The notes beneath the pieces are model-generated. The model ran no database searches. It had not been told where the DNA came from and saw only the letters and a program-made list of their open reading frames with translations. A DNA stretch of 64,000 bases, taken from positions 18,865 to 82,864 of IMG/VR virus record IMGVR_UViG_3300036852_000134. One strand, written 5' to 3'. Each line of letters begins with the position of its first letter. Within the stretch, counting starts at the first letter, position 1. This document shows positions 1 to 10,500 of this stretch, piece after piece. A program made the translations under genes and the position numbers. Source of the stretch: a virus.

Positions 1-34
1 TGATGAGAAAGCGGCGGCGTCCTAATTCAAGCAT
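1..34 (-). CDS. Partial ORF (N-terminus MLELGRRRFLI...), runs off the window; RRxFL twin-arginine-like motif
   Basis: ATG at 34 preceded by AAGGTG, 9 nt after the stop of 44..715. Confidence 0.45.
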   Translation of the reverse strand, partial: MLELGRRRFLI

Positions 35-43
35 TGCGCACCT

Positions 44-715
44 TCACTGCCACCACGGGGGCGGAGATAGAATTTCGGTGCGGCAATCTATGCTTGTTCG
101 CGCGGGCTCACAAGGCGGACGGTTGGCAAACGCGAGGAGCTGGGCTCTGGCGTCTTCAATTGGCTGGGTTGTATCGATCTCGATGACCGGAACACCTCGC
201 TCATTCAGGACTTTCTTGGCAATTTCAATGGCAGGCATCATCAAGCCCACCATCCTTGACCTGTCCTCGAACCTGGTCTCGCGCACCAGCCGGCGGGCTG
301 CGTTGCGCTCCTCAACGATGTGCTGCGGGCACTTGGTGAAGGCCACACCGATAGACACCGGCATCAGCTCGAAGTAGTGGCGGAGCTCGTTGAGGTCCTT
401 GCCCATGTCGTTCAGGCGCCAGCCGAAGCCTAGGCCGCGCTGGACGAGGCCGGTCTGGATGTAGGGGCTTTGGCCTTCCATCCGGGCTACGGTGGCCATC
501 TTGCGCACCGAGCGGTTGACCATGCGCAGGGCGGCGCCGAATGTGGCGTGCGGCTTGATGAGGTGGAAGAGGCGCGTGCACTCGTTGCAGAAGTCGAGCC
601 AAGAGGCCGGGGGTAGGCGGTTCTCAATGGTGATGGCGTGCGGGCCGTAGAGCGGGTCGCAGAGTGTTGACTTGCCACTCCCCGGCGGGCCGGCGCAGTC
701 CAGCCAAGCGGTCAC
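44..715 (-). CDS. P-loop kinase (nucleotide/sugar kinase-like)
   Basis: N-terminal Walker A GPPGSGKST; overlaps the stop of the upstream gene. Confidence 0.7.
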   Translation of the reverse strand: MTAWLDCAGPPGSGKSTLCDPLYGPHAITIENRLPPASWLDFCNECTRLFHLIKPHATFGAALRMVNRSVRKMATVARMEGQSPYIQTGLVQRGLGFGWRLNDMGKDLNELRHYFELMPVSIGVAFTKCPQHIVEERNAARRLVRETRFEDRSRMVGLMMPAIEIAKKVLNERGVPVIEIDTTQPIEDARAQLLAFANRPPCEPARTSIDCRTEILSPPPWWQ

Positions 716-1143
716 GCTGCCACCACCGTTCCGCCGAGCCCGCCGATCCCCTGCGTGTCATCGGCCCATGTGATGGTCTTCATATCGCCGTCGATGCCGC
801 GGTGGTCGTAGAGGGTGTCTCTTACGTCCTTGGGCATGATGCGGTCGCCGTTGTTGCGGCGGGCGTAGCCTTCGTGATCCACGTAGAAGTTGTGGGGGTT
901 GGGCTTTGACTTGCGGGAAGGGAGGGTGGAGACGTTTGAGGCCGGCGGCGCGGCGCCGCGCCGCCGCGGAGCGTCGGCTGCCGTCAGGCGGGCCGCAGCA
1001 TCGCCACCGTACAACGTGCCGAACGCCAGCGCCATGAGGTTAAGCCAGGCGATCTGCTTCTCGACAGGCCACTCTGTGTCACTGGGCGGCAGCTTCTTGA
1101 TCAGCGCCTCAATGAGGGGATCGGCGGATTTCGGACGGGCCAT
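712..1143 (-). CDS. Hypothetical protein (MARPKSADPLIEAL...)
   Basis: ATG overlaps the TGA of the methyltransferase; the longer track ORF extends into that gene. Confidence 0.7.
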   Translation of the reverse strand: MARPKSADPLIEALIKKLPPSDTEWPVEKQIAWLNLMALAFGTLYGGDAAARLTAADAPRRRGAAPPASNVSTLPSRKSKPNPHNFYVDHEGYARRNNGDRIMPKDVRDTLYDHRGIDGDMKTITWADDTQGIGGLGGTVVAA

Positions 1144-1814
1144 CAGGCTGCCTCCGGACGCAATTCTACGATCCGGTAGTCCTCGTGATACCCGGCCTGA
1201 TCTCGTGCGACCGTCCAACCCTGGAGCGCGCTGGCTATCAGGGCGTGGCTCACAGCGAACGGGTGGTTGCGAACCCGAGCCGTGAACACGATCCGCTGCC
1301 TCGCCAGTCGTTGCATCTCCTGCAACATGCGGACGATGCCCTCGGGGCCGTGCTGCTGGATGATCCAGCGGGTGATGCGGCAGTTTACGGTTGCATCCAC
1401 ACACTTGCCTGGGAACTTGGACGCGAGCAGGTCACCATGGAACAGCGCCCAGCGCGCGAGCGGCCCCTTCTCCGTGGCGATGGCCTCAGTGGGGTTATTC
1501 ACCTTCCTGCCGGCGAGAGCCAGCATGTCGGCGGAGATGTCAACGCCACGGACGACGAAGCCCTTGCGGTCGTAGAAGTCGAAGAAGCGGCCAGTGCCGC
1601 AGGGGGCGTCGATGACCCAGGAACCGCTGGGCATGTCGTCGAGGAAGCCCTCAATGATCTTCTGCTCGGCGATCCACTTGGGGGACTGCTCGCGCTTGGC
1701 GTCGTAGCCAGTGGCGACTTGGCCGGTGTACTTCAAGGCGCCACCCTGCTGGGGAGCCGGCTGCTGCGGCTGCGACCCGGCGGGGGGGAGGTATTCCATG
1801 AGGGGGTTGGGCAT
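1143..1814 (-). CDS. Class I SAM-dependent methyltransferase
   Basis: VIDAPCGTGRF motif I, GVDISADML, GDLL. Confidence 0.85.
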   Translation of the reverse strand: MPNPLMEYLPPAGSQPQQPAPQQGGALKYTGQVATGYDAKREQSPKWIAEQKIIEGFLDDMPSGSWVIDAPCGTGRFFDFYDRKGFVVRGVDISADMLALAGRKVNNPTEAIATEKGPLARWALFHGDLLASKFPGKCVDATVNCRITRWIIQQHGPEGIVRMLQEMQRLARQRIVFTARVRNHPFAVSHALIASALQGWTVARDQAGYHEDYRIVELRPEAA

Positions 1815-1817
1815 GCG

Positions 1818-2609
1818 TCAGCGCTCGTTTTGGATGATCTCATAGACCTGCCGGTCCGTTATGTGGAACTGCCCGGCGATCACAGTCTTTGGAATCTTGG
1901 TAGCATGCAACCGCATGATCTCGCGATTTCGGGCTTCACGCGCCAATGCCTCTGCACTGCAACCCGTCTCTGATAATGCGTTTTCGAGCGACCACCCGTG
2001 TTCCACGAGGCGTTGCCGTACTTTGTGATATGAGACCGTTGTTCCAGACAACTCCCCCGCCTTCTTGAGCGGCATCTGCTGTCCACCATATTCCACGACG
2101 CGACAACTGCGACGGTTCAGTGCCTGCTCCTTAGCGGTAGCCCACCTGCAATTACCGGGCTCGTAATTGCCGTCATTGTTGACGCGGTCGATGGTGAGCT
2201 TGTCAGGACACTCGCCCATGTCCTCTAGGAAGTTCTCGAACTTCTTCCAGCGCTCGCATACGGTGATGCCGCGGCCGCCATAAGCTGCATACTCAGCCAC
2301 TCGGTCATTTGAGCACCGCTGGCACATGGCTTCCCATGCACGATAAGCCCGTGATCGCCCCTTTCGGATCGATGACTGCCCGTGCGTCGTGAACCTCTTC
2401 GATGTACTCTCTTTCTGATAGCAGCCACAGCTGCTGATTTGGCCCTTGCGCAAGTTCTGGCTCAGAGCGGTCGTCTCTTGACCGCAATCGCAGCGACATA
2501 GATAGCGCATCTTCTGTTGGCCGGATGGGAATATATGGAGGCCTACTTCTGATATCACTATGAGCCGGCCGAACCGGTGACCGATGATGGGGATCGTAAC
2601 GCCTCTCAT
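1818..2609 (-). CDS. HNH-like homing endonuclease with C-terminal HTH
   Basis: RFGRLIV, CRCDCG, SCGC, YGGRGITVCERW, TIDRVNNDGNYEPGNCRWAT; ATGA overlap at 2606-2609. Confidence 0.85.
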   Translation of the reverse strand: MRGVTIPIIGHRFGRLIVISEVGLHIFPSGQQKMRYLCRCDCGQETTALSQNLRKGQISSCGCYQKESTSKRFTTHGQSSIRKGRSRAYRAWEAMCQRCSNDRVAEYAAYGGRGITVCERWKKFENFLEDMGECPDKLTIDRVNNDGNYEPGNCRWATAKEQALNRRSCRVVEYGGQQMPLKKAGELSGTTVSYHKVRQRLVEHGWSLENALSETGCSAEALAREARNREIMRLHATKIPKTVIAGQFHITDRQVYEIIQNER

Positions 2610-3325
2610 TTGTAAAACCTGGATACCCACGGGTGGTCTATCTGAACCTGCGGCTGGCTCGGCTCACGCGCACCAGGGAAGCTGACGATGCAGGCGTTCT
2701 CGGGAAGCTCAGAGCCGACGCCCTTGCTACCCAATCTGCCTGCACCATAGATACCCCAGTTCGCGTCGAAATGCGCCTCGTTCCATTCGAGGCGCTCGGA
2801 TATCCACGCTTGCTCTTTGCCGCCAAACCTCCAGTTGAACCAGCGGTCGGTTTGGCCTGGGATGAAATCGTCCCACAACTCCTGGCGGACGCCGGCTGAG
2901 AACAGCTGCACGCTCGACTGGTAGAAGGCGCGGCCCGGCAATCCGAAGTTGGGATTTCTCCAAAACACCGCCGGCTCCGTCCTAGCGGCGATGTGGTCGA
3001 GGCTTCCCGTGATGACCACGTCGAGGTCGAGGCTAAGGATGCGCTCCCCAAGATTGGCTCGCGCCCATTCCCCGTTGTGTTGCATCAGCCTTATGCAGAC
3101 CGTGCCGGGGACGTGCCTGCGCCAGTCGAGGGGGACACAGTCGATGCCGTCGATCTTGTCGTCAGTGACGCACACGAAGCGATGAGGCAGGCTCAGATGG
3201 CGCGCCACCATCGATTTCAGAATGTGAACGTGCTCGTGACGAAACGTGTAGCCGCGGCGCTGGCTGTCGCGGGCTGGATCAGACCAGAAGTAGGTGCAGA
3301 CGACCAATTCCATGGAGCTACTCAA
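2606..3325 (-). CDS. GT-A fold glycosyltransferase
   Basis: RFVCVTDD, DxD motif LSLDLDVVITGSLD, SSV, QAWI, IVSFPG. Confidence 0.8.
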   Translation of the reverse strand: MSSSMELVVCTYFWSDPARDSQRRGYTFRHEHVHILKSMVARHLSLPHRFVCVTDDKIDGIDCVPLDWRRHVPGTVCIRLMQHNGEWARANLGERILSLDLDVVITGSLDHIAARTEPAVFWRNPNFGLPGRAFYQSSVQLFSAGVRQELWDDFIPGQTDRWFNWRFGGKEQAWISERLEWNEAHFDANWGIYGAGRLGSKGVGSELPENACIVSFPGAREPSQPQVQIDHPWVSRFYK

Positions 3326-3635
3326 GGCCTAGTTCCTGGCTCACTGCAGTAAGCTCGTCCAACGCCCTTGCGCGATCAGTTACGACGCCAAAAGCTTCCA
3401 GCTCCATCTCCGTCCACTTGACCGCGGTGAACGGCCCCACGACATAGAGCCCCTTGTCGGTCTGCGGTATGCACCAGTAGCAGTCGTGGGCCGGCACATA
3501 TCCAGCACGCCAGTTCGCCTTGTTGGCTATGAGCTTGGCGTAGAAGTCCTCGCCCATCTCTCTGATGTAGAGGGAGAGGCGGGACTCCGCGAGGTCGCGG
3601 AGCTTGGAGTGGAAGGCTTCGGTTTTAGCGACCAC
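3318..3635 (-). CDS. Hypothetical protein
   Basis: ORF in operon context, overlapping the GT start. Confidence 0.55.
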   Translation of the reverse strand: MVAKTEAFHSKLRDLAESRLSLYIREMGEDFYAKLIANKANWRAGYVPAHDCYWCIPQTDKGLYVVGPFTAVKWTEMELEAFGVVTDRARALDELTAVSQELGLE

Positions 3636-3752
3636 TTCTTAGTTCCAGACTTTGGATGCGCTGCTCAAGCCGCCTAATGCGGCTAGTCAGATAGCCTATG
3701 ACGAAAAATGCCATGGCCAGGAAACCATAGATGGCGACTGCATCCCACTTGG

Positions 3753-4817
3753 TCATGCGGCCTCGCGTTTCTCAACGAGGCCGATTATATCAACTACCTG
3801 CTGCGCTGCCACTGTGGCACAGCCTAGTTTCCCACTGAATATCCGGATGATGTTGTCGCCGATCAACTCGACTAAGGTTGGACGCCCATCGTCCGCATCT
3901 CGACCGGGAAGCACGGCGCGAACCGTCCACATAGACCCCACGAATTCAGCATCCCTGAGACCCGGAATGAATTTCACCCCAGCCTCGATGAAATCCTGGA
4001 CCCTTGTGTGCGCAGGGTTAACCACCAGCCCGCAATTCAGGTAGCCCCTCAGTTGCCGAGGAATCGCTGGCCGGAGCCCGACGTTTGCATGGTGGATGGC
4101 ATGCTTCACATGCCCCATGACATGCAGGTCGGTATTCCCGTAAGGGTCTAGGCAGCAGAACTCCCCGTCCATGACGACGATGCCGATGCCGCGGAACTTG
4201 GAAGGCATCCGCAGCAAGGGCTTCTCGACCACCTCGAACTGAAACGGCTCCACTCTTGCACCGAGGTCGAAAGCAACCGCGTTGGTGGAAGCGTAGGCGG
4301 CGACAACGATTGCATCGAACTTTGAACGCAAGGATCGTGTTGCCGACTTCAGGTGGACCGTTACACCGGACTCTTGCAGGCGCTGCGCAACGATTGCACG
4401 CAAGCGTTGGAGGTCGAGCCGCGCCTCGTCCACCGAGAGCACCACGTTGACAGCATCCGCGTTGATCATCGTCGGGCTGGCGTCCACGAAGGACAACCCG
4501 TGACGCATGCAGAAGGCGACATACTCCAGGCCTGAAACCTTGCTGCCTTCCTTGGCGATGGCGTAGTAGTGGCGGCCACCGTCGATGATGGCGTCACCGT
4601 ACTCAGCACGGAAAGAGGTGAGAGCGGCCTGGCATTCAGCGACGGTGGCCGCGCTCCTTGGGTAGTGGAATCCCTCATGGGTTCTGGCCTGGTTCACTGC
4701 CGATGCCGCGCCCATGACCTCATTGGGCTCGTAGAGGTGAACATCATGGCCAGCGCGAGCGAGATGGACGGCGGCGGTGCATCCAAAGAGGCCGCCCCCA
4801 GCAACACAGACCCGCAT
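3753..4817 (-). CDS. FAD-dependent oxidoreductase (DAO/glycine-oxidase-like)
   Basis: N-terminal Rossmann motif VCVAGGGLFGCTAA..L...GHDVHLYE; C-terminal FSGK; TGATG coupling at 4817. Confidence 0.85.
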   Translation of the reverse strand: MRVCVAGGGLFGCTAAVHLARAGHDVHLYEPNEVMGAASAVNQARTHEGFHYPRSAATVAECQAALTSFRAEYGDAIIDGGRHYYAIAKEGSKVSGLEYVAFCMRHGLSFVDASPTMINADAVNVVLSVDEARLDLQRLRAIVAQRLQESGVTVHLKSATRSLRSKFDAIVVAAYASTNAVAFDLGARVEPFQFEVVEKPLLRMPSKFRGIGIVVMDGEFCCLDPYGNTDLHVMGHVKHAIHHANVGLRPAIPRQLRGYLNCGLVVNPAHTRVQDFIEAGVKFIPGLRDAEFVGSMWTVRAVLPGRDADDGRPTLVELIGDNIIRIFSGKLGCATVAAQQVVDIIGLVEKREAA

Positions 4818-5518
4818 CACCACTTCCACTGCGGCATGTCGAACAGGCAACTCTCACGGTTGGCGACCACCTTGATGCCGCGCTTCATCGCCTCATGGAT
4901 GAAATACTGGATGCCGGGGCGCTGGTAGACGTACTCATTCTCAGCAGCCTGCATGATGCCCCACAGGCCGATCATTGGAATGCCATCAGTCTCTGCGTCC
5001 ACGATCGACTTCGCGAACATATAGGCGATGCTGCTGGTGAACTGGCACGGATCGAAGATGCCGTCATGGTTCGGGATCTCGGCGATCCTTTCGCCAACAA
5101 TGGCCCCATCTGGTCCCTGGACCTTCACCTTCTGGAGCGTGGACGTGCCCCTGAGTTCCTTCTCGGGATAGAGCCGACCGCCCTTGAAGGACTTAAGCGC
5201 CTTCTGGTCTCGCAGCCACACGAACGGCTGCTCACTCAGATACTTGAGGTATGGGAAGGGCCGGCTCGGGTCCTCCAAGGGAAGGTGGACTTCGAAGACC
5301 TCGTCAACGCGCGGCAGCGCCGTCGCGTACTTGCTCATTCCGTATGGCGTATTATCCGGAGAGCACGCCAGAATCTTCCAGCTCGCGTCTCCGTAGGGAG
5401 CAGCATCCTTAGTCGTCGGATTGCTGCCGACAATGGCCAAGCCACGAACGGCTGTCTTGGGTGCGGCCGGGAGGACATCCCCACCGGCCGCCTTGGTCTC
5501 TATGAGATCATCAAGCAT
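4817..5518 (-). CDS. Putative Maf/GT29 (sialyltransferase-like) fold transferase
   Basis: LAIVGSNPT..., TSSIAYM.AKSI, IGLWGI, EY.YQRP pattern resembling the IVG.GPS / I.L.G.D motifs of GT29/Maf-type enzymes. Confidence 0.5.
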   Translation of the reverse strand: MLDDLIETKAAGGDVLPAAPKTAVRGLAIVGSNPTTKDAAPYGDASWKILACSPDNTPYGMSKYATALPRVDEVFEVHLPLEDPSRPFPYLKYLSEQPFVWLRDQKALKSFKGGRLYPEKELRGTSTLQKVKVQGPDGAIVGERIAEIPNHDGIFDPCQFTSSIAYMFAKSIVDAETDGIPMIGLWGIMQAAENEYVYQRPGIQYFIHEAMKRGIKVVANRESCLFDMPQWKW

Positions 5519-6384
5519 CAGAGGCCCGTATCCCTCGGAGCTGACACGTTGACCCAGTCGATATCGAGAAGGCTGGCGCCCCCAGTGTCGTACCCATAGA
5601 TGCACGGAGTAAGCGCGGTGGAACTATTGCAAGGATCGCTGATGATCCCCTTAGGAACGCCGTCCACGTAGAACGTGACCGTTCCGCCCGTGTCGGAGCT
5701 GCTGCGGTGCAGCTCGGCTTCCAGGGTCACATAGGTGTTGTCGGTGGGGGTCACAGTCGTCAACTGCACCGATTGCAGTGTGTCGCCATCGACGGCAAAG
5801 CCGTGCCATCCCGTGGAGCCGCCGAGGTTCCAGCCGATGCCAAAGGCATTGGTCGCGGCTGCGCCGTCAGCGCTGCCTCCAGTGTCGAATACCGGCATCT
5901 CGGCCGAAGTCGTATCGGTGAAGCCGACGAAGACGCCGTGCTCGCCGCCCGTGTAGATGGACTTCTTGATGCGCGCGCCAAAGCGCAGTCGGCCGGAATG
6001 GGCGCCAGGACCCTGGTTGGGTTTCCAGGACAGCTGAGGACCGACCATGCCGAATGTGGTACCCGCGACAGTTGTCGTGGTCGTGCTCTGCGACGGTGTG
6101 AACCTGAACACACCATTCGTGCCGGCGGTAATGAGACCCGTCGTACCAGTATCACCTTTGCGGGTGATGAAATACTGACCGGCGGTTCCGGTGTCGCCGA
6201 GCAGATCGGCGCCGACACTTGCATAGAAGTCATCGAAGATGGCGGTGGTGTCAGGAGCGCCAGGCATGACGACTGCGGGCTTGCCATCACCGCCTGCGAC
6301 GAAGCCGTACGGAGCCAGGACCTGGTCGTCATTGGTGAGGCCTAGCGCCCGTCGATGGATGCCCTTGAGCATGGACTTAGACAT
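5518..6384 (-). CDS. Putative virion structural protein (beta-rich, lectin-like), six DTG motifs
   Basis: G/T/S-rich beta pattern with FDDF, VTFYVDG and LDIDWV; located in the late operon. Confidence 0.7.
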   Translation of the reverse strand: MSKSMLKGIHRRALGLTNDDQVLAPYGFVAGGDGKPAVVMPGAPDTTAIFDDFYASVGADLLGDTGTAGQYFITRKGDTGTTGLITAGTNGVFRFTPSQSTTTTTVAGTTFGMVGPQLSWKPNQGPGAHSGRLRFGARIKKSIYTGGEHGVFVGFTDTTSAEMPVFDTGGSADGAAATNAFGIGWNLGGSTGWHGFAVDGDTLQSVQLTTVTPTDNTYVTLEAELHRSSSDTGGTVTFYVDGVPKGIISDPCNSSTALTPCIYGYDTGGASLLDIDWVNVSAPRDTGL

Positions 6385-6470
6385 TGCGGGGATTCCCTTG
6401 CTTAGTGCTTAGTGCTGTGGGAGGTTGCGGGTACGCATACTCACGGCTCACAGGAGCCGGATTCAGTTGC

Positions 6471-6629
6471 CTAGTGCTTGGTTCTGGACGTCGTGCGGTC
6501 GGCCGGCAGTGGCAGAACGCCGTCGAGGGCGCAGCGTCCGGTGCGCAGCAGGGAGCGCTCGGGCTGGCCACGGCCGTGCTGAGCGCCGCCGATGTGGAGG
6601 CGGTCGTTGACGATCTCCAGCATGGTCAT
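6471..6629 (-). CDS. Small hypothetical protein (MTMLEIVNDRLHIGG...)
   Basis: GGACAAGG upstream of the ATG. Confidence 0.35.
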   Translation of the reverse strand: MTMLEIVNDRLHIGGAQHGRGQPERSLLRTGRCALDGVLPLPADRTTSRTKH

Positions 6630-6681
6630 GCGGGCCTTGTCCGTGCTAGCTGAATGTTGAGACACCGGGGGAAGAACTACG

Positions 6682-7596
6682 ATGCGAGATCTGCCCAGGC
6701 TATCCGACGAGCAACGCTCCGACCTCGCCAATGCTCTTCGGCGCACTTACTTCACGGCGTTCGGGCTCACGTACCTCGGATCGCCAGCGTTCGCTGGCGA
6801 CCTCGCCGACCACGTGGACGGTCGGTACCGACACTTCGCGGGAGACGTGGTGCCGTGGCTGCAGCGTCACCTCGCGGGCCTTGCCACCCATTCCGTCGCG
6901 GAGGTCGGCTCCGGCACCGGATCGTCCACGGCGGCGCTCGCGCCGCACGTGCGCGAGATCAGCACGTTCGAGATCGAAGAGAACTCAATCGCAGCCGCCA
7001 AGGCGCGCGCCGAGATCCTCGGCTACCGCAACGTCACGCATTGCCGCAGCCTGTTTACTGCCGACGAGGCGATGCGGATTGGCGTCGTCGATGGGGTGAT
7101 GCTGGCTGCAGTTCTTGAGCACTGCACGTTCGATGAGTGCATCGGCCTGCTCCGCGCCTCATGGGAAGCGCTCAAGCCGGGTGGATGGCTATGTGTGGTT
7201 GATACGCCGAACCGCCTCTGTCCGGTCGACTACCACACCTCGTTCCTGCCGTTCTACTCCATGCTGCCGATCGAGGTCCGCATCGCCTACGCTTGCCGCT
7301 CGCCGCGCCCCGAGTTCGGGCAGACGTTCCCCGGTGAGGATGACGCGATGCGCATGACCCGCTGGGGGTGCGGCATCTCCTACCACGAGTTCGAACTCGG
7401 CATTGGCCCTGACGTGCACAGCATGGTCATCGCCGATGGTTGGGAGCGCGAGATAGAGGCCGCGATCGGCATCCTTCCCGAGGACGCCGCGGCCGAAGGG
7501 CAGATCAAGGCGTTCGCACCGAATGTAAACCGCGCCTTCGCCAGACGGACGTTTTACTTTGTACTGCGGAAGCCACTCACGCCGCCTCGTACATGA
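6682..7596 (+). CDS. Class I SAM methyltransferase, opposite to the late operon (moron-like)
   Basis: VAEVGSGTGSST, AAVLEHC, LKPGGWLCVVDTPNR. Confidence 0.85.
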   Translation: MRDLPRLSDEQRSDLANALRRTYFTAFGLTYLGSPAFAGDLADHVDGRYRHFAGDVVPWLQRHLAGLATHSVAEVGSGTGSSTAALAPHVREISTFEIEENSIAAAKARAEILGYRNVTHCRSLFTADEAMRIGVVDGVMLAAVLEHCTFDECIGLLRASWEALKPGGWLCVVDTPNRLCPVDYHTSFLPFYSMLPIEVRIAYACRSPRPEFGQTFPGEDDAMRMTRWGCGISYHEFELGIGPDVHSMVIADGWEREIEAAIGILPEDAAAEGQIKAFAPNVNRAFARRTFYFVLRKPLTPPRT

Positions 7597-10500
7597 AGTT
7601 GACGAACACCGTCTCGCCGTCTGCGATTGGCGTGTTGTTGTCGTAGTCGAGGCAGCCACCCAGCGTCGTGCTCATCGCAAAGGCGTGCTGCATGTTGCCG
7701 GCATTGAACGACCTGCCCACGCCGTAGGCCACATTCGACCCAGCTTGCGCCGTCACGGGAAGCGTAAACTGCAGGATGCCGGCGCCGGTGCCGGCGGTGG
7801 TGATGGTGATGGTCACCGTGCCCATGATCATCTTGCCGATCTGCAGAAAGCGGCCTGCTCCACTGGCCGACGTGAGAGTTCCAGTCTGGGCGCTAATCGT
7901 TGGCGTGAACGCGCTCCAGGCTGCAGCGGCGATGCCTCCATATGGCAGGCCTGTGCAATTGGTGAGCGTACCGCTGGATGGCGTTCCAAGAGCCGGCGTC
8001 GTCAGCGTCGGCGAGGTTAACGTCTTGTTGGTCAGCGTCTGGCCGCCACCTACCGTCACCACCGATGTGGCGTCGGCCCCCGCATTGGTGACGCGCAGAT
8101 CGCCAGTGCCGACCGTCAGAATGCCGGAGGTGTGCGTGGCAACCCAGTTGCCGTTGGCAAAGTTGAACGTGCCGCCGGTCGCCAGGTGCAGGTCCGCCCA
8201 GCCAAGAGCCGTCGTGCCGAGCGCACTGCCGTCGTTGGTGACAGGGGACCACGCGCTGTCAGTCAGGACGACGCGAGCCGTACCGGCGGTGCGGAACCGT
8301 ACCGGCTGGGCTGCCGTCACCGTCCCGATCTCCAGCACAGCTGCGGTCGTCTGGAAGAAGTGGGTGCCTCCGAATGATCCTAACTTGGTGATGCTGCCAG
8401 ACTGCCCCTGTAGCCCCAGGAGATCGGTATCCGATGCGGTGTTGGCGACATGCAGCTTCGCCTGCGTCAGATCGGTGGAGCCTATTGCGACGGCACCACC
8501 ACGGGCGTAGATGCCAGCTGACGCCATGACGCTGTTGGTGCCGGCGAAGTCGAGGCAGCCCGCATTGGCGATCGACGTCGGCGAGGTAACGGCGCCGTTG
8601 GCGTTGACATTGACTAGACTTACAGGGCCGTTCACGTTCGCATCGGTTACGATGCCATGCTGCTGTGACGGTATCCCCTGCACGTCAATGGTTAGGATCT
8701 GAGCCGTAGCACCAGACAGAGCCGGCGATGGCGCAGGGAAGATCACCATCGCCGTATTCGAATTGACCTTCTGAACGTGATAGTAGGCGCCGCCTGCCTT
8801 GATCCAGGCCGCGCCCCTGATCTCGGTCGTGAAGGCCGTGCCGGAGCCGGTGACGGTGTTGCCTGAGGTTGAGATCGTTCCTGTCAGGCTGGTCAGGTTG
8901 CCGGTCTCCGAGAACGTCACGGAGCCAGTGGTCTCGACTGTAGCCTCGTCGAGATTCAGCGCGACAACCCGCGCCGTAACGTCGCCTGAGCCGGTAGCGT
9001 TTACGAGCAACAGGTACTGACCGACTGCAACCTGATCCGGGTCGATCAGCGCAATGTTGAAGCGGCTGGAAACAGTCGAGCCAGGGTTGAACGATGCCCC
9101 GTCTGTTTTGGTGAAAGTCTGCGTATCGCCCGCATATATGTTGCTGATCGATACGCGATCTATGCCGCCCCCAGACGCATCCTCTATCATAGCGACACCG
9201 GCCCGGAATGTCGCACCGAGCGAGGTGTCCCAGCCGTTGTCCGAGTAGACGCCGCCGTTGACCTGGACCTGCGTTCCGGCCTCTATGATGAACCCGTCGA
9301 AGCCGTTGAATCGCGCCTGGCAATTATTGAGGATGACGTTCTCGACGCGAGGCCGCGGCTGGCCAGGGAACCAGGCGGAATTGGTCTGGAACTCGCGCGT
9401 CTGGAACCCGTAAAAGCGGTTGGCGTTGGCAATGACGTTGTCGAACTGAATGTTCGGGCTGGCGGTCAAGGCGCCGATCTCGCAGGCGACAACGGAGCCG
9501 TTGGATACCAGCACCTGCTTGGAGGGCGCGTTCGCCCGCGTGTCGAACTCGACGGCGTCGCCGTCGTTCTGGAACACGCCAGCAGAGATTAATCCAAGGC
9601 CGTAACCGTCGCTCGACGCGTGCGTCTTGAAGTCGCCGTTTATCGTGAACCCATCGAGCGTGCAATCAAGGGCGGTCGAGAACTCAATCCCCCAGAACAC
9701 GTTCTGGAAGTGGAAGTCGGAGAACGAGGTGTTCTCTGCATTCGAGATTTGCGCGCCGTAGTTGCGCGTCTCGCTGCCGTCGTAGCCATCGAGGAACAGG
9801 CCGCTGATCTTGCAGTGGAACACACGCTCTATAGCGAAGGCGATCGGCCATGGATCAGTGCCCAACGCATCCGGCGTATACCCATCCACCCTAATATTGT
9901 CTATCGTGCAGCGTTCGAGCTGGCGGAATTCGAACGCATGCTGGTACATCGCCGTACCGTTGTTCGAGATGCTTTCGGCAAAGATGTCGCGGCACGTAGA
10001 GTTGTTCGTGAACTGGAATAGTACCGCCTTGCCACTGCTGGTGATGTGCAGGTCGCTGACATGATGGCCATCTCCGCTGGCCACCCACACCGCCCAGTTC
10101 ACATGATTGCGGAACTTGACATCGCGCACCGTGATGCTGTCGGCAGTCTCAATGTAGATGCCGGGCCATTGGAAGTTGACGTTCGTGTAGGACGCGGCAA
10201 GCGAACTGCGGTTTCCATCAACGATGCCGCCTTCGAATGTTGAGCCTTCCGACCCAGTCGTGAACGAGAGCAGCTTGGAATGTGCGCCGTCGGTTGCTGT
10301 GCGTCTCTTAATCACCGCCTCCGGGTGCATGATGATATGCACCGGGGTGGAGATCGTGATCGGGTCAATGAGATAGGTTCCCTCCGGCACGAACACGATG
10401 CCACCGGCATTGAAGGCGGTGGACAGAGCGGAGGTATCGTTAGTAACGCCGTCTCCAGCCGCGCCACCCAACGTGTTGGCCTGTAGAAACGGCAGATCAC

